Sequence record: NC_071007.1
Reading direction: 5' to 3' (one strand)
DNA length: 64,000 nt
Shown here: positions 1 through 9,748 of the stretch, in pieces
How positions within the stretch are numbered: the stretch's first letter is position 1
How the letters are laid out: each line of letters starts with the position of its first letter
The notes under the pieces: model-generated
Told to the model about the DNA's origin: nothing
The model's input: only the letters and a program-made list of their open reading frames with translations
Database searches by the model: none
Position numbers and translations under genes: made by a program

Positions 1-1
1 T

Positions 2-1405
2 ACAAAATCAGGGAAAGAGCCAGCTAAAGTCATTATTGACGAATCTCATAACTATGCTGAACATAGCAGTTTACAGTCGCAAGGGATTATTGAGTTCGGT
101 ACAAATAAATTTATCTCTGATGTATTGTTTATGTCAGGAACCCCGATTAAAGCACAGGGTAAAGAAACATACACACTCTTTGCAACAATCGATAAGTTCT
201 TTGATGATAAGGTCAGAACGTCTTTCTTAAAACTTTATGGTCGCGATAATTACTACCTTAATGAAATGTTAGCACATAGATTAGGTAGAATTAAATTTAC
301 CATTCCAGCAATTACTGAAATGAATAATCCTCCAGAACCTGTTGTAATTAAGATTAAATTTCCTGGAGTTGAGAAATTCACATTAAATTCTATTAGACTT
401 GACATGGTCGCATTTATAAACGAGCGTGTAAAGTTTTATAAGAATCACATGCCTCAGTATATCGCCGATTGGGAAGATGTGTTAAGAATGTATCGAAACA
501 CTATCTCTAGAGATCCAGCAGCGATACATGAATTAGACCAGTATGTTAAAATTGTAAACCATTTTAGAAAACACGGTTACAATAATTTTACTGATTCTGA
601 TAAAAGTAAATTTGCAGGGAAAGTAGAAAAACAAATTGAAAGCCATTTAAAGGGCGACGATTTAAAATATTTTCGACACATTAAATCTGCAGTTAAATAT
701 GTTGCATTAAAAATCAGGGGTGAGGCGCTGGGGAACGTTTTAGGTAAAGCAAGAATGGACGCAGTTAAAGAAACCATTCTTCATGCTGGTTTACCTGAGA
801 TGGTCAATTCCGTTAAAAAGAAGACACTGGTTTATACTTCCTATATTGAAGTAATCAAGGAACTTGAAAATCATTTCCAATTAAACGGGATGAAACCTAT
901 TAGTGTTTACGGCGATAATTCAAAAGAAATTGATCAGGTTGTTGATACATTTGCTAATGATAAGAATGTGAATCCTCTTATCACCACCTTTGCTACATTA
1001 CGTGAAGGTAAGCCAATGATTATGGCAAACCAGATTATTTTGATGAATTCCCCATTTAGGTCTTTTGAACTAAAACAAACCATTGCACGAATTTATCGGC
1101 GTGGGCAAGATGAAGAATGTTTTGTTTATTTAATTGATCTGGACACTGGGAGTGAAGAAAATATCACTTCTCGCTCTATTGACATTATGCAGTGGTCAGC
1201 AGAACAAGTTGATCAACTTTTAGGTGGGGGTGAATTCCCAGGACAAGTATTTGAAGGGATTGGTCCAACAGATATTTCCGGTTTTGAATCTCGGGAATAT
1301 GTTTGGGATATTGCTAAACTAGATCCTAATCTTGACATTAGCTTAGATGTACCACACCGTTCTATCCCAACATTTAATCGTCAATGTTTAACAGATATAT
1401 TTTAA
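2..1405 (+). CDS. SF2 (SNF2/DExH-like) helicase, 5' end outside window
   Basis: Frame is open from nt 2: VIIDESHN (motif II), MSGTP (motif III), QTIARIYRRGQ (motif VI); the ORF track start at 125 is internal. Confidence 0.85.
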   Translation, partial: TKSGKEPAKVIIDESHNYAEHSSLQSQGIIEFGTNKFISDVLFMSGTPIKAQGKETYTLFATIDKFFDDKVRTSFLKLYGRDNYYLNEMLAHRLGRIKFTIPAITEMNNPPEPVVIKIKFPGVEKFTLNSIRLDMVAFINERVKFYKNHMPQYIADWEDVLRMYRNTISRDPAAIHELDQYVKIVNHFRKHGYNNFTDSDKSKFAGKVEKQIESHLKGDDLKYFRHIKSAVKYVALKIRGEALGNVLGKARMDAVKETILHAGLPEMVNSVKKKTLVYTSYIEVIKELENHFQLNGMKPISVYGDNSKEIDQVVDTFANDKNVNPLITTFATLREGKPMIMANQIILMNSPFRSFELKQTIARIYRRGQDEECFVYLIDLDTGSEENITSRSIDIMQWSAEQVDQLLGGGEFPGQVFEGIGPTDISGFESREYVWDIAKLDPNLDISLDVPHRSIPTFNRQCLTDIF

Positions 1406-1415
1406 GGAAACAGAG

Positions 1416-2387
1416 ATGGAATATTCTCCTAGTCATCATGAACACAATCTTAAATTGATTTATGGTTTTGAAAGCTATTTAGAAAATCCTTCTGAAAATA
1501 CACCAGAAGCTATTTATTTAAAATCAACACTATCACTTCATGGGATGACCTTCGATGCGGTTGAAGGAACAGAAGGTTGGGTGGATCAATTAAAATCAGC
1601 TGGAAAGCGTTTCTATGAATTTATTCTCAGCATCCTCCGAGCGATTAAAAACTTCTTCTTCGGACCAAAGGGAAGTAAAGACGACAAGAAAATCACGCAA
1701 GCAGTTGCCTCATTGGATGTCACTGCTCGCAAGCTTCCTGATCTAATTAAACAAGCTGAACCTGAAGTTCAACAACACATTGAACAAAAAGCTGAGCAAC
1801 TAGTGGAAGGGATCTCGCTTCCTTTTAACGTTGCTAAAGGACATAACAAGTTTTTTGATAATGTCAATGGTGTAGTAACAGATGCTTATAAAGCAGCTAA
1901 ATTGGCTGGGTTAACACTTCCTAATTTGGATGCTGAAATTAAACGTGCCAATGAGCTTTATGAAAATCTTCAAAAGAATATTGAAAACATCAAGGTTGCT
2001 AAAAAATCTGGCGACATGATGGGTGTGATTAGTACATTGAGTCAAGCCGCTTATTTGGGTGGTATTTATAAAGGTCTGCGGGATGAGTATAAAAAGATCT
2101 TGGATAAGTTAACTCCTGCTCTTGAAGCTGCTAATATCAATACTAATGACTTAGAGAAAAATCGTAATACAAGTCCTGATACAGATAAAGCATATCGTAC
2201 TTCTCGGAAAGTAACTGTGTTTTTGGCCGATTACGTTCAGTCAATGGAACGTGCAATTAATAACTGCACTAAGAACGTTTCGCGTATTGCTGAAAAGTTT
2301 AATAGCATGATTATTAAACTGAACTACGAATCACCCGCCACTGAACAGTTTAAAGATGTTCAAGACGTTAGTTACGGTATTGAATAA
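1416..2387 (+). CDS. phiKZ-type internal head (inner-body) protein with propeptide
   Basis: N-terminal region ends in AVEGTEG (S/A/G-x-E maturation motifs), followed by amphipathic KRFYEFILSILRAIKNFF and a helical body. Confidence 0.6.
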   Translation: MEYSPSHHEHNLKLIYGFESYLENPSENTPEAIYLKSTLSLHGMTFDAVEGTEGWVDQLKSAGKRFYEFILSILRAIKNFFFGPKGSKDDKKITQAVASLDVTARKLPDLIKQAEPEVQQHIEQKAEQLVEGISLPFNVAKGHNKFFDNVNGVVTDAYKAAKLAGLTLPNLDAEIKRANELYENLQKNIENIKVAKKSGDMMGVISTLSQAAYLGGIYKGLRDEYKKILDKLTPALEAANINTNDLEKNRNTSPDTDKAYRTSRKVTVFLADYVQSMERAINNCTKNVSRIAEKFNSMIIKLNYESPATEQFKDVQDVSYGIE

Positions 2388-2405
2388 AAAAAAAACATAA
2401 ATAGA

Positions 2406-2438
2406 AACTCCCTACTTCCATAATGGAAGTAGGGAGTT
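2406..2438. terminator. Bidirectional hairpin terminator between convergent genes
   Basis: 15-bp perfect stem AACTCCCTACTTCCA/TGGAAGTAGGGAGTT, 3-nt loop, A-run upstream. Confidence 0.85.
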
Positions 2439-2448
2439 AACTATGGTA

Positions 2449-3879
2449 TTATTTTAGACCCAATTCTTTTAAAGAATAAACCCGAAGGTTAGCACAACTG
2501 TTAGCATGGAGATAGGTGAAGTTTGGAGTGTCTACTACGGTGTAATATGCCACACCAGCAGTGTCATTAAAATCTAAACCTAACCATACTTTAAAATCAG
2601 GTATTTTGTTTAACAGTAATGAATTAAGAGGACTCCTGTCTGGCATGTCATATTTAACCGCAAGGTTAATTGTAACAGGTTTTACACATCCAGGAGCATC
2701 AATGGTAACTGGAACAGTTAATGTGTTCATTGTAAAGTTACTATTGATTTTCCACTTTCCTTTTGCATCTTGCTCAAACAACAAATGTGTGATATCGACA
2801 AATCGATGTTTCATAAATTCATTGTTTTCATCCCGCTTCCTAAAAATTTCATGGTAACGAGAAAGATGGTATTGGAAATCTTTAATGCGATAAGACAAAC
2901 CAGGAGGATCGATAAAATCAACAAGCACAGGCGATTCATTAATCCCGATTGCCATAGAGGCAATTAATTCATTTTTATTAATTACACCAGGAATAACATC
3001 AATAACACGACTAATCTCTTTTGATTTGATCATGTCAATATTCCCAGCAGCCAAAATGTTATACGGATTTGCCTTATTCTCTTTACAGAAATTGTAAAGT
3101 TTATCAAGAACTACAATAGGTTCTTTAGTAAACAAGGAAGAATAATAAACATCCGGTGTCGCTTTACCGTAATAATTCTTTTGTGGATCAATGCGTCCAA
3201 AACAATATTGACGGTACCCCCACTCATCTGCTTGGTAGAAAGTGGAGTTATCTCCAGTGTTAAAAAACCAACGTGAAGCAGTAACCAGTTTATTAAAATC
3301 ATTATCTGGATTTTTAAAATCTTTGATGCTCTCTTCTTCTAATGAAGAAGTAGGGACATTTGGAAGTTCTAGTAGTGCCTTGGCAAAATCCATTTGCTTG
3401 CTGGCCTGTTTACAACCATCACCACCATTTGCCCAAAGTTCACTTTCTAAAAAGATATTGGGTTCAAAAGTCTGAAACAATTCGCGAGCTTTAATTACTA
3501 TTTGATTGTCAGCAAACTTTTCAGTTAGCTTAGGTGCTTTTAGTAATTTAAAGGCATTAAAACAATTCCCAATAATGAGAATCTTATCAATGTTTTCTCG
3601 CTTAGCATATTCAAGTAATTCTGTAATTGCAACTAAACTTACTTCATGCTCGGTAGGTAAATTTAATGCTCTTCCAGAAAGAATATTAACCTGATCCACG
3701 GCGATACTTTGTAGCGTTGCTCCAACGTAATAACCATAACCAGTTGCTGCATTTTTGATCAGCTTTCGTTTACTTTCAACTGTCGCGTCATAGGTATAAC
3801 CATGTCCTCCGGCAATTGCCACACCTCTATCTTTTAGCATAGCGCTACTAAGATAATAAACGATATTCATTATCGACAC
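2449..3879 (-). CDS. Long phiKZ-type RNase H-like protein, catalytic acids apparently lost
   Basis: IVYYLSS..GGHGYTYD..TEHEVSLVAI..ILIIGNC pattern aligns by eye to RNase H strand/helix motifs, with S/S/N at the D/E/D positions. Confidence 0.5.
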   Translation of the reverse strand: MSIMNIVYYLSSAMLKDRGVAIAGGHGYTYDATVESKRKLIKNAATGYGYYVGATLQSIAVDQVNILSGRALNLPTEHEVSLVAITELLEYAKRENIDKILIIGNCFNAFKLLKAPKLTEKFADNQIVIKARELFQTFEPNIFLESELWANGGDGCKQASKQMDFAKALLELPNVPTSSLEEESIKDFKNPDNDFNKLVTASRWFFNTGDNSTFYQADEWGYRQYCFGRIDPQKNYYGKATPDVYYSSLFTKEPIVVLDKLYNFCKENKANPYNILAAGNIDMIKSKEISRVIDVIPGVINKNELIASMAIGINESPVLVDFIDPPGLSYRIKDFQYHLSRYHEIFRKRDENNEFMKHRFVDITHLLFEQDAKGKWKINSNFTMNTLTVPVTIDAPGCVKPVTINLAVKYDMPDRSPLNSLLLNKIPDFKVWLGLDFNDTAGVAYYTVVDTPNFTYLHANSCANLRVYSLKELGLK

Positions 3880-3925
3880 CTTCTAGGTCTCTTATGCATG
3901 GGACATTAGATTGCCTGACGAGTAC

Positions 3926-4348
3926 TTAATCAAGTTCTTCCTTCCGACATTTTTGACGAAGTTCTCGCCAAAGTCTTGCGTTTTCTTCACCCAATCTTTT
4001 ACTTTGGGTTGTGCTTAAGTACCAGTCTTTTTTCAGTAATTCATTTTCAGTATTTAACCGATAGATCATTTTTTGTTGGTCTTTATTGATCTCGAATAAC
4101 TGATTTATATTTTCTTGTTGTTTAAATATATGTTCATCAATTGTCTTGAAAGATGTATTGATGACTCTTGCTTCCATTTGCAGATTTACAAAACGACCAG
4201 TGATACCAATGGCAAAGATCGTAATGATAGTCGCATAGGTCGCAACCCGTGTGATTAGACGAACGTACCGCTGTTCCGGATCTTCGTCGGACCCGTAAAC
4301 ATATCGGACGATTCTTCTCCCGATTAACTCTCTTATGATTGCAAACAT
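3926..4348 (-). CDS. Single-pass membrane protein with C-terminal coiled coil
   Basis: Likely start MFAIIRE at 4348; hydrophobic VATYATIITIFAIGITG, then heptad-rich tail. Confidence 0.6.
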   Translation of the reverse strand: MFAIIRELIGRRIVRYVYGSDEDPEQRYVRLITRVATYATIITIFAIGITGRFVNLQMEARVINTSFKTIDEHIFKQQENINQLFEINKDQQKMIYRLNTENELLKKDWYLSTTQSKRLGEENARLWRELRQKCRKEELD

Positions 4349-4401
4349 GTCACCGTCCACACTTTCAGTTATTACACATACTCTACCCAAGGAATAACAA
4401 G

Positions 4402-5736
4402 ATGTCAAATCTTTATAGTTGTTTTGTTCAAATACCAGAATTAAAAATGAATGGGTCAGTTTCTCCTATTGGGGAATTAACTAACGAAACCATTACATAT
4501 TCAAAAACTCCTGATTACTACTATGTCGAAAATAAACCTTGTGAACTCGTTGGGTTCCGTGGGATAAATCAGAGTAATCCTGCTAATCGTTATGAGAAGA
4601 TCCCTACAACTCACGTTTCTCCAGTTATGAATGTTGTCAACTGGCTTTATGAAGAAGCAGTTAAAGGAAATTTAACTGAAAACTCATTGGTGACGTTACA
4701 AGCTCTTCAAGCTAATTTTTCAGCAGGTTGGGTTTGGAAAGATGTAGCCAATATGGTTACTAATAACCTTATATGGTTACCTTCCAGCATCAATTTTACA
4801 CATGAAGTGGGTGGAGTAATACATGAATTCAAGATTTGGTTTGCGAATGCACTGTTTGAAGTGGAATTCCCCTATCGTGAAATTTATGTGATTGATCCTA
4901 TTCCCGTTGACGGGATTGATTTCCTTGCTGAGAATAACTACAAGGAAGTTCGTAACCGGTTATATGAAGAAACTCCCGGCAAACGTCAAGAGCGTGAGGA
5001 TGCCATTGTAGGAACTAAATACCCTTATACTCGCCGGGAAACAATCCCCTTTGATGTATATGACCTTGTTAATAGACCTCAGAAAAACACCGCATTCTGG
5101 ACTATCATTTATTACGGTAATCCAAATGACGCTGAAGAAGAAGTCTACGAAGCAATCAGAAATAGCATTCTTTCTCATTCACAATACGATGAAAGTAAGT
5201 GGGAAGAAGTCATCCCAGATCTGTTCAATCCATTAGAGTTTATTTCTATTCCTCACTGGAACGATCCTGGTCTGGTAAACGAAACTATTTTAGGTTCTAC
5301 ATTAAGTCCGATTTACACCCACTTGGGCGGTGATGCACTTGCGAAAAAGTACGCTGACTTTTATTCGCAGGAGGATATCATAAAATCGTTACAAATTGTT
5401 CCGCACCTCTATAAATCCACCAAAATGTCTTTTGTAGGGAAACCTCAAAATACAGCAGGTAGATCTAAAATTACTGATATTTTCCCGCGTTATCAGTTAA
5501 TTCCAGCGACCGATAGCCAAGCTGGAATGATGGGATCAGAGACAATTAAATTCATTAATGATTTAGAAGCAATGATTGCAGCAGGGTTTGTAGTCACTCC
5601 TGATGGTGTTCCTCCTAAAGGTATTCAGCGCATTACTAGAAATGGGCGACTTTATATTACCAAACGTTCTGGTAAAGTAAAGATCACCATGGTGACGCGT
5701 TACCAGTTCATTAAGGATGGATTACTCAATGAATAA
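4402..5736 (+). CDS. Putative phiKZ-like virion structural protein
   Basis: 444-aa ORF from MSNLYSC (SD AAGGA upstream), on the plus strand shared with other structural genes; family assignment is inference. Confidence 0.5.
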   Translation: MSNLYSCFVQIPELKMNGSVSPIGELTNETITYSKTPDYYYVENKPCELVGFRGINQSNPANRYEKIPTTHVSPVMNVVNWLYEEAVKGNLTENSLVTLQALQANFSAGWVWKDVANMVTNNLIWLPSSINFTHEVGGVIHEFKIWFANALFEVEFPYREIYVIDPIPVDGIDFLAENNYKEVRNRLYEETPGKRQEREDAIVGTKYPYTRRETIPFDVYDLVNRPQKNTAFWTIIYYGNPNDAEEEVYEAIRNSILSHSQYDESKWEEVIPDLFNPLEFISIPHWNDPGLVNETILGSTLSPIYTHLGGDALAKKYADFYSQEDIIKSLQIVPHLYKSTKMSFVGKPQNTAGRSKITDIFPRYQLIPATDSQAGMMGSETIKFINDLEAMIAAGFVVTPDGVPPKGIQRITRNGRLYITKRSGKVKITMVTRYQFIKDGLLNE

Positions 5737-6361
5737 CATTATTCCATCATTAAGGTCAGCGGGTAAATTTGTTGCTGAAGCACCATTTAACCAAGTAGTA
5801 GATGAAAGTCGCTTTTATACAGTAGAAGCAATCCGAACTATTCCGGAGATGCAAGCATTAAAACTTGATTTATTTAAATTGGTTTTTGAACCAGTTGGAT
5901 TTAGTCAAGAAGATTATCAAATCCAAGTTCAAACAGCAATTGATAATAAAGCTGCTGTTATCTCTTTGACAAGTAGGGGGAAAGGTCCCGTTTATGTTTT
6001 ATCGACCTTTTTAAAATCCTTTCCAGTTATTGATGGCGTAGTCTATGAGCACATTGCATTAATTACTAGCTTAGGTGCTTGTCCTCCTTCTATGAAGGAA
6101 AAAATCGATAATGCAATTGAGCATATTAATAACTATATTAAAGGGAGTTTTGGGATTGATAATCCTAATACTACAATTGGGACTATTCCAACTCGCGGAT
6201 ATGTAAGCCGAGAAGATGCCGTTGCTTGGGAAAACTCCAGGCAACTAGCCATCATTGATGAACCGTCTGATGCAGTTAAGATTGCTAAATTGGAAAAAGA
6301 GAATATTGAACTGAAAGCTTACATTGCTGAATTAGAAGCGACAATCATAAATAATAGTTAA
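5729..6361 (+). CDS. Putative virion structural protein
   Basis: ATG overlaps the stop of the previous gene; coiled-coil C-terminus; followed by terminator. Confidence 0.5.
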   Translation: MNNIIPSLRSAGKFVAEAPFNQVVDESRFYTVEAIRTIPEMQALKLDLFKLVFEPVGFSQEDYQIQVQTAIDNKAAVISLTSRGKGPVYVLSTFLKSFPVIDGVVYEHIALITSLGACPPSMKEKIDNAIEHINNYIKGSFGIDNPNTTIGTIPTRGYVSREDAVAWENSRQLAIIDEPSDAVKIAKLEKENIELKAYIAELEATIINNS

Positions 6362-6369
6362 TAAATTAA

Positions 6370-6402
6370 AGCTACTCTTCTCCCAAAAGGAGAAGAGTAG
6401 CT
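6370..6402. terminator. Hairpin terminator between convergent genes
   Basis: 14-bp stem AGCTACTCTTCTCC/GGAGAAGAGTAGCT. Confidence 0.85.
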
Positions 6403-6414
6403 ATGAATTTTTAT

Positions 6415-7101
6415 TCAATGATTTTGTGTTTCTTTAAGTTTTTCATACCGACGTTTGGCAGCTTTGCTCATTACTTTCCTGACTTCCGCAGAATGTTTAC
6501 CAGTTGGTTTTCCGCTATCAAATAAGTTTGGAATTTTAGAACGTCCTTTTTCTAATACTTCAGGATAAATAATTCCAGAAATAACGGCAGTAATATGATA
6601 ACTAAAACCAATTCCATAAATAGATTCAACGTGAACACAATGCCTAGATTGCATTACTTCAGGATGTCTTTCAAACACCGTTACTTCTTTTTCACGTTTC
6701 CCTATTTTCCCAATAGCATGGTAATAATCATCTTTTATTTGACAAATTTTTCTGGCATCAAATACTGCACTAATATCTAGCGTGTAATCAAATTCTTTTG
6801 CAGGAACTTCTAATTTTCCGTAACCCCGTTCCCCATAAATTTTTAATAGTACAGGAGAGACTTCTGAGATAATGGGAGTTCCTCCACCATTTCTAATTAT
6901 TCCTCCTGTTTTGATAACGATGTTAATAAGTCTTGCAGGATCAATACTGCTTTTTGACTCATCCATCATTTTATATAGATTAGTCTTAAACCGATTAAGG
7001 ATTTGATTAACTTCGTACAAATACAAAATTGGTTCTAAGTCTGTTGATACTTTTGAAATACAGAGTCTAATGGCCTTTGCTATTGTAATTTCGTTTATCA
7101 T
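6415..7101 (-). CDS. Hypothetical protein with C-terminal NUMOD3-like DNA-binding motif
   Basis: C-terminus GKHSAEVRKVMSKAAKRR matches the KHSxExxxKMS pattern. Confidence 0.45.
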   Translation of the reverse strand: MINEITIAKAIRLCISKVSTDLEPILYLYEVNQILNRFKTNLYKMMDESKSSIDPARLINIVIKTGGIIRNGGGTPIISEVSPVLLKIYGERGYGKLEVPAKEFDYTLDISAVFDARKICQIKDDYYHAIGKIGKREKEVTVFERHPEVMQSRHCVHVESIYGIGFSYHITAVISGIIYPEVLEKGRSKIPNLFDSGKPTGKHSAEVRKVMSKAAKRRYEKLKETQNH

Positions 7102-7549
7102 TGAGTGTCTCTTTCATTACTTTACTAAATTGATAATAATGAGTTCTGAGAATACGTGTGTTTTTATGATAAATGGAAATCTTGTCATCAACTACTCGAT
7201 AATCAAAAGTTGCTTCGGACGTTTTGAAGCTTCCACCAAACTCTGACGGTAGTTGGGATCTAACATATCGAATTAAACTACGTTCACGATGAGTTAACCG
7301 TCCATTATCAAAAATAAACAAACGACCAAAAAGAGCAACTAACATTCGTTCTTTAGCATTAACAGGATTGTTAACACATTCATCAAACGGTAAATTATGG
7401 ATCTTCATAACAGCACGAGAACCATTATTCAAACGCTCATATTCTACTATTGTTCCTACTTCACCCAGAATTTTCTTGACAATGAATTTATCACCGAATT
7501 TAAATTCTGAGACACTAAGAGGAAGACGATCAGAGATAGATATTGTCAT
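7067..7549 (-). CDS. Hypothetical early protein
   Basis: 160-aa ORF directly downstream of the promoter motif at 7583. Confidence 0.6.
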   Translation of the reverse strand: MTISISDRLPLSVSEFKFGDKFIVKKILGEVGTIVEYERLNNGSRAVMKIHNLPFDECVNNPVNAKERMLVALFGRLFIFDNGRLTHRERSLIRYVRSQLPSEFGGSFKTSEATFDYRVVDDKISIYHKNTRILRTHYYQFSKVMKETLNDKRNYNSKGH

Positions 7550-7582
7550 TTTTAAGTTACCTTATTCTAATTATTCTTTTTA

Positions 7583-7600
7583 ATAATATCGATTTAAAAA
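7583..7600 (-). promoter_or_regulatory. Early-type promoter motif
   Basis: Minus strand TTTTTAAATCGATATTAT, about 35 nt upstream of ATG. Confidence 0.65.
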
Positions 7601-7656
7601 GATATAGAACAAAGATAAATAAGAGACACTCCCGTAGGAATGCCTCTTAAAATAAA

Positions 7657-8415
7657 TTAACGACGTTTGTTCTTGTTTTGGTATTTTTGAGTTACTTCAC
7701 CTTGGGGTTCTTTGGTGAGTTCTTTTTGATCTTGATTTTCACTGATCCCTTGATCAACATTTTTGGTTTCATCATCAGCTACCTTGGTAGTTTCTTCCAA
7801 CTGAGGTTTTATAAGATTTTCATCTTGAACATCTTGGAGTTGAGTTTCCGGAATTTGTTCAACCGGTTCCGGTTTAAGATAATTGACATAAATTTTGCCA
7901 GCCACTTGCGGATACTTAATATCTATAACTGCATCTGCATGAAGAACTTGATCAAATTCAACAAATTCTTCAAATGCAATATACTCTCGCTCAAATCGGT
8001 ATCCGGTAACTTCGATTGGATCTCGGGCACTATCTGAATCTTTATTAACGATCAGGTGGAAACAACCCGTTTCTTTATTTACATAGAAACCAGGTGTTTT
8101 TACCAGCTCAGGAAAACCTGTCAATACATTGGCTTTTTCCCCAATCATAGCACTGAGAGGGTAAGTCCGAAAAGTAATAGCGGGAGAAGCAAAACCACGT
8201 CCCTGACATTCAAAGCTAACTTTCCAGTAAGATTTCTCAACCACCATTTTTTCAATAAATTCAGGGATACTAAAAACAACTTCATTTTCATTCAAATTTT
8301 CATACAATTTTTTAATGTTAGCAATTTGTTCTTGATTGCCTGTTTTAACAACATCAGCGATTCGTTTTTTAGCAAACAAATCTAACAAGAATTGCCAAGG
8401 TGTAGGATTATGCAT
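7657..8415 (-). CDS. Hypothetical protein with acidic low-complexity C-terminal tail
   Basis: Last ~70 aa rich in E/Q/D/P/K. Confidence 0.65.
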   Translation of the reverse strand: MHNPTPWQFLLDLFAKKRIADVVKTGNQEQIANIKKLYENLNENEVVFSIPEFIEKMVVEKSYWKVSFECQGRGFASPAITFRTYPLSAMIGEKANVLTGFPELVKTPGFYVNKETGCFHLIVNKDSDSARDPIEVTGYRFEREYIAFEEFVEFDQVLHADAVIDIKYPQVAGKIYVNYLKPEPVEQIPETQLQDVQDENLIKPQLEETTKVADDETKNVDQGISENQDQKELTKEPQGEVTQKYQNKNKRR

Positions 8416-8492
8416 TGTCCGTTCCTTATAGATAAATAATGGTGTGACTCAAACATTTGGGTCATCATAAAATGAAAAAAAAAATAAGATTG

Positions 8493-8520
8493 AGGTTGCT
8501 GGGTGTAACCCCAGCAACCT
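8493..8520 (-). terminator. Rho-independent terminator
   Basis: 11-bp stem AGGTTGCTGGG/CCCAGCAACCT; long U-tract follows on the minus strand. Confidence 0.8.
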
Positions 8521-8522
8521 TA

Positions 8523-8951
8523 TCACAGCACATTGTCAACTGTTTCGACTTGCACAACTTCTACAACTTCTTTTTCTTGCGCAGGGAAATACTCAACAAC
8601 ATTGCGGCCGATGGTTTTGCAGACCTTGAAAGAGATCAGTCCCATAACCGTAGCGGTTACTTTGTTTTGCATCGGATGGTTCAGTGCTTTACGTGCACCG
8701 TAGATCATTGCTGCGCCAGTAAGTGCGGCGGCAGCGGCGCTGGCACGAGTACCGGTAGGGGAGATCAGTTCCAAGCCAGTTGCCAGGCCGGCCCCGATCA
8801 CAGCACCCATCATGTTGGAAGACATTCCCAGAGTAGTGTCCAGTTCTTGCGGATCGCCGCCGCCAATTTCATTCACCAGGGCTTCGGCTTGTTTTTGGAG
8901 TTGATCCAGACGGACGTCAGTAGCTACATTTGCTTCAGCGATGTTTTCCAT
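8523..8951 (-). CDS. Gly/Ala-rich putative membrane protein, monocistronic early gene
   Basis: MMGAVIGAGLATGLELI and ASAAAAALTGAAMIYG hydrophobic segments; own promoter and terminator. Confidence 0.7.
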   Translation of the reverse strand: MENIAEANVATDVRLDQLQKQAEALVNEIGGGDPQELDTTLGMSSNMMGAVIGAGLATGLELISPTGTRASAAAAALTGAAMIYGARKALNHPMQNKVTATVMGLISFKVCKTIGRNVVEYFPAQEKEVVEVVQVETVDNVL

Positions 8952-9006
8952 GATAAAATCCTTAATTAGTAAAGTGGGTTAAACATTGTTGTTGTTTATC
9001 ACTTTA

Positions 9007-9024
9007 GTAATATAGGTTTGAAAG
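9007..9024 (-). promoter_or_regulatory. Early-type promoter motif (TATTAC form)
   Basis: Minus strand CTTTCAAACCTATATTAC; TATTAC matches the phiKZ early promoter core. Confidence 0.7.
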
Positions 9025-9040
9025 TTTTATCATATTAAAC

Positions 9041-9733
9041 TTATTTGTAAATTCCGGCTTTCCAATGCCAACGGCACACCGAATGGTATAGGTCGTTTCC
9101 ACCTACGCAGATTTGGTCACCTTCTCGAATAACCTTGCCGTTACTATCTACACGAAGTACATGGGTTGCTTTACGTTTACAATGACAAATTCCTTTTGAT
9201 TCTTTTAGTTCTTCTGCATTGGCCATTAAAAAAGCAGACGCAGGAAACGGATTACCTTGAAAGTCATTACGAAGTCCAAACGCCAAAACAGGAATATCAA
9301 GATAATCGACAATATCGGTTAATTGCTTTGCCTGCTGTTCAGTCAAAAATTGGACTTCATCTATCAAGAAACAATCAACACGCTTATCAAAACTTTTACC
9401 GAAATCAACCAATTGTTCATGTTCGGTTGCTGGATTCTCTTCGTGCATTTCTCGCATGAACCTAGCTACACGAACATCGAAGTGGCGGTCAGTAGCGCCC
9501 GCCAAAGAAGCGGCCAAAAGGAAGAGGTTATCTTTCTCTTCAAAGAGAATAGCCGATGCTGACAAACCTGCACGACATTTAACCAGTGGTTCGGCACCAT
9601 CACGATTATCAAGAACTGGTTTTAGAATAACCGGGTTTTGGGCTTGTTCACGATAATTAAAATGGTTCATAATCAAAGTGGCGGTTTTTGATGAATTCAT
9701 TGGGCCAAAATTAAAATAAATCTTTTTAGGCAT
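9041..9733 (-). CDS. tdk: Thymidine kinase
   Basis: GPMNSSKT P-loop, LIDEVQFL, FGLRNDF, Zn-binding CHC...C. Confidence 0.95.
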   Translation of the reverse strand: MPKKIYFNFGPMNSSKTATLIMNHFNYREQAQNPVILKPVLDNRDGAEPLVKCRAGLSASAILFEEKDNLFLLAASLAGATDRHFDVRVARFMREMHEENPATEHEQLVDFGKSFDKRVDCFLIDEVQFLTEQQAKQLTDIVDYLDIPVLAFGLRNDFQGNPFPASAFLMANAEELKESKGICHCKRKATHVLRVDSNGKVIREGDQICVGGNDLYHSVCRWHWKAGIYK

Positions 9734-9748
9734 TTCCTAGTGTCCTTA

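Noticed and set aside
3926-4348. i-spanin or holin assignment
   Set aside because: TM plus coiled coil fits, but no o-spanin lipobox partner or lysis-gene context was found
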